From a bacterium (lineage in GTDB: Bacteria; Actinomycetota; Acidimicrobiia; Spongiisociales; ZC4RG35), in the NCBI GenBank assembly GCA_024641285.1, contig JAHEDH010000002.1, forward strand, positions 1 through 62,826: a DNA stretch of 62,826 bases. Direction: 5' to 3'. Below are positions 40,735 through 50,441 of this stretch, in pieces. The number at the start of each line of letters is the position of its first letter. The first letter of the stretch is position 1. The notes beneath the pieces are model-generated. The model had not been told where the DNA came from, did no database searches, and saw nothing but the letters and a program-made list of their open reading frames with translations. The translations under genes were made by a program, and so were the position numbers.

Positions 40735-41972
40735 CGTTTGCGCCTTCGCCGCTTCTTCGGGTCCTCGGCCGGGCGGAAGGCCGAGGCCTCGAGCGGCTCG
40801 ACCAGGCGCGCGTTCGGCGCCAGACCCGTCGATTTGCCGACCAGGCTGCGCGGCTGAGGCTCGGAGTCCTGGCGTTCGTCGACGTGGTCGCCGTCCTGCT
40901 CGTCGTCGTACTCTCCACCGTCGACGAGGTCGAGGGTCGCCGGTGCTGCCTCGTCTGTGGGCTCGGGAATCATCCACTGCGAGGCGAACTCCTCGTCGCC
41001 GGTGGTCGGACGTTCGACGGAGCCGGAGCGACGGTGACGGGGCTGAGGCTCGGAGTCGGGCTCGGTCCGGTCGACCGAAGGGCGATCGACGGCCGGCGGG
41101 GTGCTGCGTGCCGCCTCCAGGGCCTCGCGAAGCGACTCGAGCTCCTGTCTGAGCTCGAGGTTCTCGATGTTCTGGTTCGAGACCTTGGTCTCGTAGCGAT
41201 CGGTGAGCTCCTTGAGGTCGCCGGCGTGCTGCGCCTGAATGGCTGCGACGGCGTCCTGGTCGGACTCGTACACCTGACGCTGTGCCTCCGAAACCAGCTG
41301 GCCGCTACGCATCATCCGGTCGACGGCCTCTCCGGCTTCGGTGGTCATTCGTTCGGCCTCGGCCTTGGCGTTGGTCAGTGTCCGCCCTGCCTCGGCGAGC
41401 TTGGCTTCGGCTTCGGCCTCGCGGGCATCGAGCGAGCCGAGACGCTCGCGAACCAGTTCCCGGTCGATCTCGAGTGTGCGGCTGAGGTCGGCCGCCGCGG
41501 CGTCGGCATCGGCGATGATCTCGGCGGCTCGCACCTCGGCGGTGGACAGTTGCTGCTCGGCGTCGGCGACGATCTCGGCTGCGCGGGTTTCCGCATCTGA
41601 GACGGTCTGTTCTGCAATCGCGGTCAGCTCGGCTGCCCTATCGCGGGCACCGCTCTCGATCACCGCCGCCTCGTCCCGGGCCTCTTGCACGATCTTCTCG
41701 GCCTTCGCCTCGGCGAGGGGACGCACGTCGGCGACCTGCTCCTCGGCATCCGCAACCGCGGCGGCGATCAGCTTCGCTGCGCGTGCTTCGGCGCCGGCGA
41801 TCACCTCGGCGGCCTTCGCCTCGGCGGCCGCCCGCTCGGTGGCGTTGCTCAAGTTGAGAGACTCGATCAGCGCGAGATCCACGACGACGCCCGGAGAGAT
41901 CGGGCCGTACCGGGGTGCATCCGGTCCGGACAGGGCTGGTGGGACCGTCTCTGTGGGCAGATTGTCACTCAT
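40731..41972 (-). CDS. Ala/Glu-rich coiled-coil protein with acidic linker and KKRRRRKR tail
   Basis: Start at MSDNLPTET (41972). Long runs such as AAEAKAAEVIAGAEARAAKLIAAAVADAEEQVADV..AEAKAEKIVQEARDEAAVIESGARDRAAEL. Confidence 0.6.
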   Translation of the reverse strand: MSDNLPTETVPPALSGPDAPRYGPISPGVVVDLALIESLNLSNATERAAAEAKAAEVIAGAEARAAKLIAAAVADAEEQVADVRPLAEAKAEKIVQEARDEAAVIESGARDRAAELTAIAEQTVSDAETRAAEIVADAEQQLSTAEVRAAEIIADADAAAADLSRTLEIDRELVRERLGSLDAREAEAEAKLAEAGRTLTNAKAEAERMTTEAGEAVDRMMRSGQLVSEAQRQVYESDQDAVAAIQAQHAGDLKELTDRYETKVSNQNIENLELRQELESLREALEAARSTPPAVDRPSVDRTEPDSEPQPRHRRSGSVERPTTGDEEFASQWMIPEPTDEAAPATLDLVDGGEYDDEQDGDHVDERQDSEPQPRSLVGKSTGLAPNARLVEPLEASAFRPAEDPKKRRRRKR

Positions 41973-42166
41973 CGGACCGACTCCTGTGGCGCTCTGTCCT
42001 ATCGGTAACGCTAGGCCCGAGGTGAAGCCCGAGCAATGCGGAATCTTCCGAATCATCCGCGGTGCAGATCCGGGTCGGGCTCCACACCTGGAGCCCCTCT
42101 CGCGCCTCGGACGGGAGCCGCGAGGCTTGGGGGCTCGGTTCACCGACACGGCTACGCTCCACCCGG

Positions 42167-43513
42167 ATGTCCACCACCCCCCGCACGATGCCAGGCGTGC
42201 TCGAGCTGCTGCCGCTCGAGCAGGCGGCGTTTCAAAGGATGGTCGAGACGGTTCGGCGCGTCTACGAGCTCCACGGGTTCGTCCCCATCGAAACGCCCGT
42301 GCTGGAGCTCACCGAGGTCCTCCTGACGAAGACCGGCGGAGAGACAGAGCGCCAGGTCTACTTCGCCCAATCCACCGGATCTCTCGAGCAGGGGCGCGAG
42401 CCCGATCTGGCGATGAGGTTCGACCTCACGGTCCCGCTCGCCAGATACGTGGCAGAGCACCAGAACGAACTCGTGTTCCCGTTCCGCAGGTATCAGATCC
42501 AGCGGGTGTACCGAGGGGAGGCACCGCAGCGGGGCCGCTTCCGCGAGTTCTATCAGGCCGACATCGACATCATCGGCCTCGGCGAGCTCCCGGTCACTGC
42601 GGACGCCGAGTGTCCTGCCGTGATCCACCATGTGTTCAGTGAACTGGCGATCGGGTCCTTCACGGTTCGCGTCAACAACCGAAAACTCGTCCAAGGCGTG
42701 CTCACGGACCTCGACGTCGATCCCGAAGCCCACGCCGCCGTCCTGCGCGAGATCGACAAGCTCGACAAGCGGGGTCCCGAATACGTCCAACAGGCGTTGG
42801 GAGGGTTCGGGCTCTCGAGCGCTGCGACAGCCCGTCTGCTCGACTTCGTGGCCTATTCGTCGGCGGGGATCGATGCGGCCCTCCGACACCTCGAAACACT
42901 CACCGCCCCAAACGAGCTTCTGGCTCTCGGCCGGTCGGAATTGATCACCGTGTTCGAGACGTTGCAGGGGCTGGGGGTCGACGACGGTGCGGTTGTGCTC
43001 GATTGCTCCATCGCACGCGGCCTCGATTACTACACCGGAACGGTGTTCGAGACCGTCCTCGACGACCATCCCGCGATCGGGAGCATCTGTTCCGGAGGGC
43101 GATACGACGATCTTGCCGGGATGTACACGAACACCCACCTCCCCGGTGTCGGCATCTCGATCGGCCTCACCCGGCTGTTCTGGCAACTTCGGGAGGTGGG
43201 GTTGATCCAAACCGGTCAGAGCCCGACCGTGGCCTTCATCACCTTGTTCGAAGAAGCAGACCGGACCCACGCGGCGGCGTTGGCGACGAGCTTGCGGAAC
43301 GCAGGCGTATCGGCGCTGATCTCCGATGCGCCGCGCAGGCTGGGCAAGCAGTTGAAATACGCCGACCGAACGGGCATCCGGTTTGCGATCATCGCAGGCA
43401 GCGACGAACGTTCGAGAGGCGTCGTCACGGTCAAGGATCTGATCGACGAATCCCAGTCCGAGGTACCCGTGGAGGGCCTCGCAGCATTCTTCCAATCCAG
43501 AGGTACGAGATGA
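42167..43513 (+). CDS. hisS: Histidine--tRNA ligase
   Basis: GVLELLP......VE.VRRVYELHGF.PIETP, FRRYQIQRVYRGE.PQRGRFREFYQ.D.D, GGRYDDL; anticodon-binding domain. Confidence 0.9.
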   Translation: MSTTPRTMPGVLELLPLEQAAFQRMVETVRRVYELHGFVPIETPVLELTEVLLTKTGGETERQVYFAQSTGSLEQGREPDLAMRFDLTVPLARYVAEHQNELVFPFRRYQIQRVYRGEAPQRGRFREFYQADIDIIGLGELPVTADAECPAVIHHVFSELAIGSFTVRVNNRKLVQGVLTDLDVDPEAHAAVLREIDKLDKRGPEYVQQALGGFGLSSAATARLLDFVAYSSAGIDAALRHLETLTAPNELLALGRSELITVFETLQGLGVDDGAVVLDCSIARGLDYYTGTVFETVLDDHPAIGSICSGGRYDDLAGMYTNTHLPGVGISIGLTRLFWQLREVGLIQTGQSPTVAFITLFEEADRTHAAALATSLRNAGVSALISDAPRRLGKQLKYADRTGIRFAIIAGSDERSRGVVTVKDLIDESQSEVPVEGLAAFFQSRGTR

Positions 43514-45270
43514 GTCAGTATCGAGACACCGCCGCGGGCACCATCGGCTCCGAAGCCGTCGGCTCGACCGTGAAGATCGCAGGGTGGGTCGCCCGTCGTC
43601 GCGACCACGGAGGTGTTGCCTTCATCGACGTTCGCGACGCCTCGGGGATCGTCCAGGTCGTCGCAGACCCCGACGTCATCGACGAAGTCGCCAGTCTGCG
43701 AATGGAGTACTGCGTCGCCGTCAGCGGTGAGGTGCGACCCCGGCCCGATGGAACGACGAACCCCGACCTCCCCACCGGAATGGTCGAGATCGGCGCCGAG
43801 GAGATCCAGATCCTGAGCCCCGCCGATGCGCTCCCGTTCATGCTCGACGACCGGGTCGAAGTCGACGAGCGGGTCCGCCTCGAATACCGCTACCTCGACC
43901 TTCGTCGGGCATCGATGGCGGCAAACATCGCAGCGAGGTCCAAGGCAACTGCGGCAATCAGACGCACACTCGACGACCTCGGGTTCCTCGAGATCGAAAC
44001 CCCGACGCTCGTGGCATCCACACCCGAAGGAGCCAGAGACATGCTGGTCCCGAGCCGGCTGCGCGAAGGGCACTTCTATGCGCTGCCGCAATCGCCCCAG
44101 CTGTTCAAACAGCTGCTGATGGTGTCCGGCGTGGAGCGGTACTTCCAGATCGCACGCTGCTACCGCGATGAGGACCTTCGCTCCGACCGCCAGCTCGAAT
44201 TCACCCAACTCGACCTCGAGGGCAGCTTCTGGGGCCAGGACGAGGTGCTCGACACGATCGAACAGACATTGGTCGCCGCTACGGAGGCGGTCCGGGGCAT
44301 ACGGCTCACCGAGCCCTTCCCCCGGCTCACGTGGCAGGAGGTGATGGACCGGTACGGCTCGGACAAGCCGGACCTCAGATTCGGGATGGAGATCGCCGAC
44401 CTCGCCGACCTGTTCGAGAGCTCCGAGTTCGGCGTCTTCACCTCGGCCCTCGAGTCCGGAGGAGCGATTCGGGGAATCAACACCGGCGTCAGGGACTTTC
44501 CCCGGTCCAAGGCCGACGAGCTGACCGAGCTGGCGAAGGCAAACGGTGCAAAGGGCCTCGTCTGGATGGTCGTCAACGACGACCGGAGTCTCCGCTCGCC
44601 CGTTGCGAAGTTCCTCAGTGACGCAGAGATCCGTGGTGTCATCGACCGGCTCGAGGCCCAGCCGGGCGACGTGCTGCTCCTCGTCGCCGACCGTTGGAAG
44701 ACGGCTGTCACCGTCCTCGGGGCGCTCCGCAATGTTCTCGGTCGCCCGGCCGACCACGAGGACCTGGCGTTCTTGTGGGTCACCGACTTCCCCATGTTCG
44801 AGGAGGAAGAGGACGGATCGATCACGTTCAGCCACCATCCGTTCACAACGCCCCAGGACGTCGAGATGATGGCGACCCAGCCGGAACACGCGCTCGCCCG
44901 GGCCTATGACGCCGTGCTCAACGGCGTCGAGCTCGGCTCCGGAAGCGTCAGGATCCATGATCCGGAACTGCAGCGGAAGGTGTTCGACATCCTCGGCATC
45001 GATTCCGAGACGGCAGAGCGGATGTTCGGCTGGTTCCTTCGCGCGCTGCGTTTCGGGCCGCCGCCGCATGCGGGCTTCGCGTTCGGGATCGATCGTCTGG
45101 TGATGATCCTCCAGAACGAGGACTCGATCCGCGAGGTCATCCCCTTCCCCAAGACGCAGTCGGGGGTCGACCCGCTGACCGGCTCACCCACACTGGTGGA
45201 CGACCGGCAACTCGCCGAGCTGGGCATCACGTTGAGGCCCGAAACCCGCACCAAACTCGAGGAGTCGTGA
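43510..45270 (+). CDS. aspS: Aspartate--tRNA ligase
   Basis: VKIAGWVARRRDHGGVAFIDVRDASGIVQVV, FQIARCYRDEDLRSDRQLEFTQLD, GSGSVRIH, PPHAGFAFGIDR. ATGA overlap with hisS. Confidence 0.95.
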   Translation: MSQYRDTAAGTIGSEAVGSTVKIAGWVARRRDHGGVAFIDVRDASGIVQVVADPDVIDEVASLRMEYCVAVSGEVRPRPDGTTNPDLPTGMVEIGAEEIQILSPADALPFMLDDRVEVDERVRLEYRYLDLRRASMAANIAARSKATAAIRRTLDDLGFLEIETPTLVASTPEGARDMLVPSRLREGHFYALPQSPQLFKQLLMVSGVERYFQIARCYRDEDLRSDRQLEFTQLDLEGSFWGQDEVLDTIEQTLVAATEAVRGIRLTEPFPRLTWQEVMDRYGSDKPDLRFGMEIADLADLFESSEFGVFTSALESGGAIRGINTGVRDFPRSKADELTELAKANGAKGLVWMVVNDDRSLRSPVAKFLSDAEIRGVIDRLEAQPGDVLLLVADRWKTAVTVLGALRNVLGRPADHEDLAFLWVTDFPMFEEEEDGSITFSHHPFTTPQDVEMMATQPEHALARAYDAVLNGVELGSGSVRIHDPELQRKVFDILGIDSETAERMFGWFLRALRFGPPPHAGFAFGIDRLVMILQNEDSIREVIPFPKTQSGVDPLTGSPTLVDDRQLAELGITLRPETRTKLEES

Positions 45271-45295
45271 GCCGAGTGGCTCGCTGAGCGTCGGC

Positions 45296-46654
45296 ATGGA
45301 TCTCTTCGAAGCGGCAGGTGAGGAGCGGATCCAGCGTTCCGCGCCGCTTCCGGCCCGGATGCGACCGACCACGATCGCCGAGGTCGTCGGTCAAGCGGCA
45401 CTCGTCGCCCCAACGGCAGCATTCCGCAAGATCGTCGAGTCCGGCAGGCCCGTGTCGATGCTCCTCTGGGGTCCGCCGGGCACGGGGAAGACCACACTGG
45501 CGCGGCTGGTGGCATCCCACTCAGAAGCGGCGTTCGTCACCCTCTCTGCGACGTCAGCGGGGGTGAAGGACGTCCGCGAGGTGCTGGCGACGGCGCGAAA
45601 CCGGCTCACAATGGAGGAGCGGCGTACGGTCTTGTTCCTCGACGAGATCCACCGCTTCTCGAAAAGCCAGCAGGACGCCCTGCTTCCGGGCGTCGAGGAC
45701 GGCACGATCGTCCTGGTCGGAGCCACCACCGAGAACCCGTTCTTCGAGGTCAACTCGCCGCTGATGAGCCGTATGACCCTGTTCCGCACCGAGAAGCTGG
45801 ACGACCAGGCGGTGCGCACCATGGTCGATCGCGCCCTCACCGACGAACGTGGCCTGGCAGATCACGGCCTGACGATCCATCCCGACGCGATCGACGCCCT
45901 GGTCGATCGCAGCGGCGGGGACGCCAGACACACCCTGAACGCCCTCGAGGTCGCCGCGACCCTCACGGCGAGCCGTGGGTCGACGGAGATCGGCTTCGAC
46001 GATGTTTCGGAGGCGCTCCAGAGACGAATCGTCAGGTACGACAAGGCCGGCGATCAGCACTACGACGTCGTCAGCGCGTTCATCAAGAGCCTGCGCGGTT
46101 CCGATCCCGATGCTGCCCTCTACTGGCTCCACCTCATGATCGAAGGGGGCGAAGATCCCGAGTTCATCGTGCGCAGGATGATCATCCTCGCTTCCGAGGA
46201 CATCGGGCTGGCAGACCCGAACGCCCTCCTCCAGGCCAATGCTGCCGCCCAGGCACTGGCGATGGTCGGACTGCCGGAGGCAAGCTTCGCCCTCAGCCAG
46301 GCAGCCGTCTATCTCGCCGTCGCTCCCAAGTCGAACTCGGTCACGAACGCAATCGGGGCGGCCCGGACCCTGGTGATGGAGACATCGGGCACGGTTCCCG
46401 AGCACCTTCGGGACAGCCACTATGCGGGAGCCTCGAAGCTCGGCCACGGTGCCGGCTACCGGTATGCACACGACCACCCGCATCACATCGTCTCTCAGGA
46501 GTACTTCGCCGACGGCGTCGAACCGACCGTCCTCTACCAACCCGGGACCGAAGGTCGCGAGCCGGCGCTCTCGCAACGCCTGGCATGGATCGACCAGATC
46601 CTCGGTCGAGCCGGTCGCACCAGGAGCCACGAAGAGGCGCACGGAACGGAGTGA
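45296..46654 (+). CDS. rarA: Replication-associated recombination protein A (RarA/MgsA AAA+ ATPase)
   Basis: PLPARMRP.T..EVVGQ, LWGPPGTGKTTLA, LFLDEIHRF.K.QQDALLP.VE.G...L.GATTENP, HYD..SAFIKS.RGSD.DAALYWL. Confidence 0.9.
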   Translation: MDLFEAAGEERIQRSAPLPARMRPTTIAEVVGQAALVAPTAAFRKIVESGRPVSMLLWGPPGTGKTTLARLVASHSEAAFVTLSATSAGVKDVREVLATARNRLTMEERRTVLFLDEIHRFSKSQQDALLPGVEDGTIVLVGATTENPFFEVNSPLMSRMTLFRTEKLDDQAVRTMVDRALTDERGLADHGLTIHPDAIDALVDRSGGDARHTLNALEVAATLTASRGSTEIGFDDVSEALQRRIVRYDKAGDQHYDVVSAFIKSLRGSDPDAALYWLHLMIEGGEDPEFIVRRMIILASEDIGLADPNALLQANAAAQALAMVGLPEASFALSQAAVYLAVAPKSNSVTNAIGAARTLVMETSGTVPEHLRDSHYAGASKLGHGAGYRYAHDHPHHIVSQEYFADGVEPTVLYQPGTEGREPALSQRLAWIDQILGRAGRTRSHEEAHGTE

Positions 46655-46666
46655 ATCTCCACGAGA

Positions 46667-46841
46667 TGCGGTCTCGCCGCGAGTCGCTGGCCCCCCTACC
46701 CGTGAGGCTCGTTCCTCGCCTCTCGGGTCCCTTCCCCCACTCCGTGGGGGACAACAGCAGGGTTGGTGTCCCCCGGAGCGGAGCGAGGGGGAAGGGGCCT
46801 TGTCTCGATCGTGACTGAAGCGTCGTTCCGACGACACCACC
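46667..46841. repeat. Intergenic mosaic repeat, copy 1 (modules A1-B1-hairpin-C1)
   Basis: A1 46667-46700; B1 46708-46757. B1 extends into an imperfect ~68-nt hairpin (cccttccccc 46729-38 pairs with gggggaaggg 46787-96; gggggaca pairs with tgtccccc). C1 46811-46841. Confidence 0.7.
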
Positions 46842-46905
46842 GGCAGACACGAATCGAGGGTTTGCTGGCAGGGGGAGTGCTGCGCAACTCGAGGGCTCCA
46901 AAGGG

Positions 46906-47047
46906 TGCGGTCTCACCGCGAGTCGCTGACCCCTTACCTCCTGACCGAAATGGTGACAGCGTCGTACCGACGCTGTCACCTGCACACACCATCGCGTCTC
47001 GTTCCTCGCCTCTCGGGTCCCTTCCTCCACTGCGTGGGGGACAAGCA
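46906..47047. repeat. Intergenic mosaic repeat, copy 2 (modules A2-C2-B2)
   Basis: A2 46906-46938, nearly identical to A1. C2 46952-46980 is a perfect 13-bp stem (ggtgacagcgtcg-tac-cgacgctgtcacc). B2 46998-47047 differs from B1 at a few positions. Confidence 0.7.
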
Positions 47048-47067
47048 GCGGTGGGTAGGATCGAGGC

Positions 47068-47271
47068 ATGTTCGATCGCTTGTGGTGGTTCGTGACGGGG
47101 CTGTTCGCCGGGGGAGTCGTCACCGCGCGGGCGCTGCGCCGAGCGCCGAATCCTGTGGATCTCAAAGCGGCGGCCGCGCTGACCACCGCAGACGCCCTGT
47201 CGTTCGCTGCTCGGCGGATCCGCCCGCCCCGGCGGGTGATCGCCCTTCGCTCGACGGACTCCGGCCACTGA
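47068..47271 (+). CDS. Small hypothetical membrane protein (67 aa)
   Basis: MFDRLWWFVTGLFAGGVVTA (one TM helix) then a basic tail. AGGATCGAGG lies upstream of the ATG. Coding status is uncertain. Confidence 0.35.
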   Translation: MFDRLWWFVTGLFAGGVVTARALRRAPNPVDLKAAAALTTADALSFAARRIRPPRRVIALRSTDSGH

Positions 47272-47340
47272 CCTGCCAGGTTTCCGGTCGACCGTAATCG
47301 TCCGGCGGGGGAGCGGGCCGTCACTAACCTGACCGCCTCA

Positions 47341-49965
47341 ATGGACTCCAGAACGATTCGCAAGACCTTCCTCGACTTCTTCGCCGAACGCGGCCATGTC
47401 GTGCGCCCGTCGGCCTCGACCATTCCGACCGATCCGACACTTCTCATGACCAATGCGGGCATGGTCCCGTTCAAGCCGTATTTCCTGGGTGAGGAACCCG
47501 CCCCATTCGATCGGGCGACTTCTGTCCAGAAGTGCATCAGGACCATCGACATCGACATCATCGGCACCACCGTCCGGCACATGTCGTTCTTCGAGATGAT
47601 GGGCAACTTCAGCTTTGGCGACTACTTCAAGGCCGAGGCGATGAAATGGGCTCACGAACTGATGGTGGAGGGCTACGGGCTCGACCCCGATCGCCTGTGG
47701 TACACCGCCTACGAGGAGGACGACGAGGCATTCGATCTGTGGGTCGATCATGTCGGCATCGACCCGTCACGCGTTCAACGGGGTGGTCGGGACAACTTCT
47801 GGCAGATGGGCGTGCCCGGACCGTGCGGCCCGTCCGCCGAGATCTTCTACGACCGTGGTCCAGAACATGGTGAGGACGGCGGGCCGATCGGTGGCGGCGA
47901 AGAGCGGTTCGTCGAGATCTGGAACCTGGTGTTCATGCAGAACATCCAGGACGAGCCGTACCACGTGATCGGCGATCTGCCGACGAAGAACATCGACACC
48001 GGGCTCGGGCTCGAGCGGCTGGCGATGATCCTGCAGGGGGTGGGCTCGGGCTTCGAGATCGACACGCTGCGGCCGGTGCTCGCAGTCGGAGAACGGTTCT
48101 CCGGGATCGAGTACGGCAGCGACCCGATGGACGATGTCAGTCTCCGGATCCTCGCCGATCACGGCCGAACGATGTCGATTCTCATCGCCGACGGCGTCGT
48201 CCCGAGCAACGAGGGCCGTGGCTACATCCTCCGGAGGATCCTGCGCAGAGCAGTGAGGCATGCGTGGAGGCTCGGAGGGGACGGGCTCGTCACGCCCGGC
48301 CTTGCTCAGACCACCATCGACCTGCTCGGCGATTGGTACACCGAGCTGAACGACAAGGCGGACCTCATCATCGATGTCGTGACCCGCGAAGAGCAGAATT
48401 TCCGCAGGACGCTCGCATCCGGCCATCAGCTGCTCGAGACGGCGTTGGACGAGCTCCCCATCGATCAGCCGCTCTCCGGCTCGGTGGCGTTCAAGCTGCA
48501 CGACACGTATGGTTTTCCCATCGAGTTGACCGCCGAGATCGCCGCCGAGAAGGACGTCGAGGTGGATCTCGACAAGTTCGACGCCGAGATGACCGCCCAG
48601 AGACAGCGTGCGCGCAAGGAATGGAAGGGCGGCGACGCCGCAGCAAGGGGAGAGTTCTACCGGGAAGTGCTCGACACGACCGGTCCGACCGAGTTCGTCG
48701 GCTACTCGCAGCCGGTCGCGACGGGCCGGATCCTTGCCATCGTGCGCGATGGGGAGATGATCGAGCGGGCCGAGCATGGCTCTGCGGAGGTCGAGGTCTT
48801 CGTCGATCGGACGCCCTTCTACGCGGAGTCCGGCGGTCAGGTCGGGGACGACGGCACGCTCAGGACGAACACGGGAGAAGTCTCCGTCTCCGACACCCAG
48901 CATGCGCTCCAGGGGCTCCACGGGCACCGGGGCATCGTGGCCAGCGGTGAGATCCGGGTCGGGCAGGACGTCGATCTGGTCATCGACGAGCCGCGTAGGG
49001 ATCGTATCCGCAAGTCACACACCGGGACACATGTCCTCCACTGGTCGCTGCGGGAGGTTCTCGGGGAACACGCCAACCAGGCCGGGTCACTCGTCGAATC
49101 CGGCAGGCTCCGGTTCGACTTCAGCCACTTCAGCGCCACATCCGAGACCGAGCTCCGTGAGATCGAGGCACTCGCCAACAGTCGCCTGATCGACAACGGA
49201 CAGGTCACGACCACCGTCACCTCCCAGGAGGAGGCGAAGAAGATGGGCGCGCTCGCCTTCTTCGGCGACAAGTACGGCGAGACCGTCCGTGTCGTGAGGG
49301 TGGGGGACTTCTCGGTCGAGTTCTGCGGCGGGACACACACCTCCACCGCCGGTGAGGTCGGGCCGCTGATCGTCACCTCCGAGGCCTCGATCGGCTCCAA
49401 CATCCGGCGGATCGAGGCTCTCACCGGCACTGCCGCATACCTGCACCTGACCGAGCTCCGCGAGAGCCTCGATTCCGTTGGAGGGATGTTGCGTGCCCCG
49501 GCCCGGGAGATCCCGGATCGGGTGCGAGGGCTGATGAATCGAATCGAGATTCTCGAGGGCCAGATCGACGAGATGCGCGCCGAACGGCGAGGAGAGCTGG
49601 GTGCCGAGCTCGCCGGCGCCGCAGAGGAGATCGGCGGCGCAAAGCTGGTCGTCGCATATGTCGAGGACATGGACCAGGACCAGTTGCGGCAACTCGCCCT
49701 CGGGATTCGGGATCGGATCGGTGAAGGTGCGGTGTTCCTCGGCGCCAGCCCCGGAGGAAAGGGGGCGCTGATCGGAGCCGTCTCCAAAGGGCTCACGAGC
49801 ACCATCCAGGCGGGCGCCGTGGTCGCCGAGGGCGCCCGTGTGATGGGCGGGGGAGGCTCGCGCGATCCCGAACTGGCGCAGGCGGGCGGCCCGGATGGAT
49901 CGAAAGCCGAAGCGGCGATCGAGGCGATCAGAGACGAGGCTCGCAGGATCCTGTCCCAGGCATGA
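47341..49965 (+). CDS. alaS: Alanine--tRNA ligase
   Basis: IRKTFLDFF...GH..V.S......DPTLL.TNAGM..FK, FFEMMGNFSFGDYFK, editing-domain H..TH.LH / C.GTH, C-terminal DHHA1-like domain. Confidence 0.95.
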   Translation: MDSRTIRKTFLDFFAERGHVVRPSASTIPTDPTLLMTNAGMVPFKPYFLGEEPAPFDRATSVQKCIRTIDIDIIGTTVRHMSFFEMMGNFSFGDYFKAEAMKWAHELMVEGYGLDPDRLWYTAYEEDDEAFDLWVDHVGIDPSRVQRGGRDNFWQMGVPGPCGPSAEIFYDRGPEHGEDGGPIGGGEERFVEIWNLVFMQNIQDEPYHVIGDLPTKNIDTGLGLERLAMILQGVGSGFEIDTLRPVLAVGERFSGIEYGSDPMDDVSLRILADHGRTMSILIADGVVPSNEGRGYILRRILRRAVRHAWRLGGDGLVTPGLAQTTIDLLGDWYTELNDKADLIIDVVTREEQNFRRTLASGHQLLETALDELPIDQPLSGSVAFKLHDTYGFPIELTAEIAAEKDVEVDLDKFDAEMTAQRQRARKEWKGGDAAARGEFYREVLDTTGPTEFVGYSQPVATGRILAIVRDGEMIERAEHGSAEVEVFVDRTPFYAESGGQVGDDGTLRTNTGEVSVSDTQHALQGLHGHRGIVASGEIRVGQDVDLVIDEPRRDRIRKSHTGTHVLHWSLREVLGEHANQAGSLVESGRLRFDFSHFSATSETELREIEALANSRLIDNGQVTTTVTSQEEAKKMGALAFFGDKYGETVRVVRVGDFSVEFCGGTHTSTAGEVGPLIVTSEASIGSNIRRIEALTGTAAYLHLTELRESLDSVGGMLRAPAREIPDRVRGLMNRIEILEGQIDEMRAERRGELGAELAGAAEEIGGAKLVVAYVEDMDQDQLRQLALGIRDRIGEGAVFLGASPGGKGALIGAVSKGLTSTIQAGAVVAEGARVMGGGGSRDPELAQAGGPDGSKAEAAIEAIRDEARRILSQA

Positions 49966-50372
49966 GCGTCGGCAGGGTCATAGCCTTCGACCCGGGGAGC
50001 AAGCGCATCGGAGTTGCGATCAGCGATCCACTCAGGATCGTGGCGTCGCCGCTCACCGTGTTGGAGGCGGGCGATCCGTGGGACGAGATCGACGCACTGC
50101 TCGAGGAATACCAGCCGACCGTGATCGTGGTGGGCCTCCCGGTCTCGTTGAGCGGTGGTGAAGGGCCGGCCGCCGAACGCGCTCGGGTCTTCGGTGCGGA
50201 ACTCGAACGGCGTAGCGGTCGTTCCATCCGTTGGGTGGATGAGCGTTTCACGACGAGGACGGCCGAAGAAGCCCTGATCGAAGGGGGCGTGCGGAGGAGG
50301 GAGCGCAAGCAGTCGGTCGACAAGGTGGCTGCCGCCGTCATCCTCCAGCACTATTTAACATCTCAACTCTGA
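49962..50372 (+). CDS. ruvX: Putative pre-16S rRNA nuclease / Holliday junction resolvase-like RuvX (YqgF)
   Basis: GRVIAFDPGSKRIGVAISD, VVGLP....G..G, VDERFTT..A. ATGA overlap with alaS. Confidence 0.85.
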   Translation: MSVGRVIAFDPGSKRIGVAISDPLRIVASPLTVLEAGDPWDEIDALLEEYQPTVIVVGLPVSLSGGEGPAAERARVFGAELERRSGRSIRWVDERFTTRTAEEALIEGGVRRRERKQSVDKVAAAVILQHYLTSQL

Positions 50373-50441
50373 CCCGGCTCCCATGCCAGGGACCGCAATG
50401 GCGCACAGCGCCGTGCTTCCGAAACGACACGAGGCAGATGC

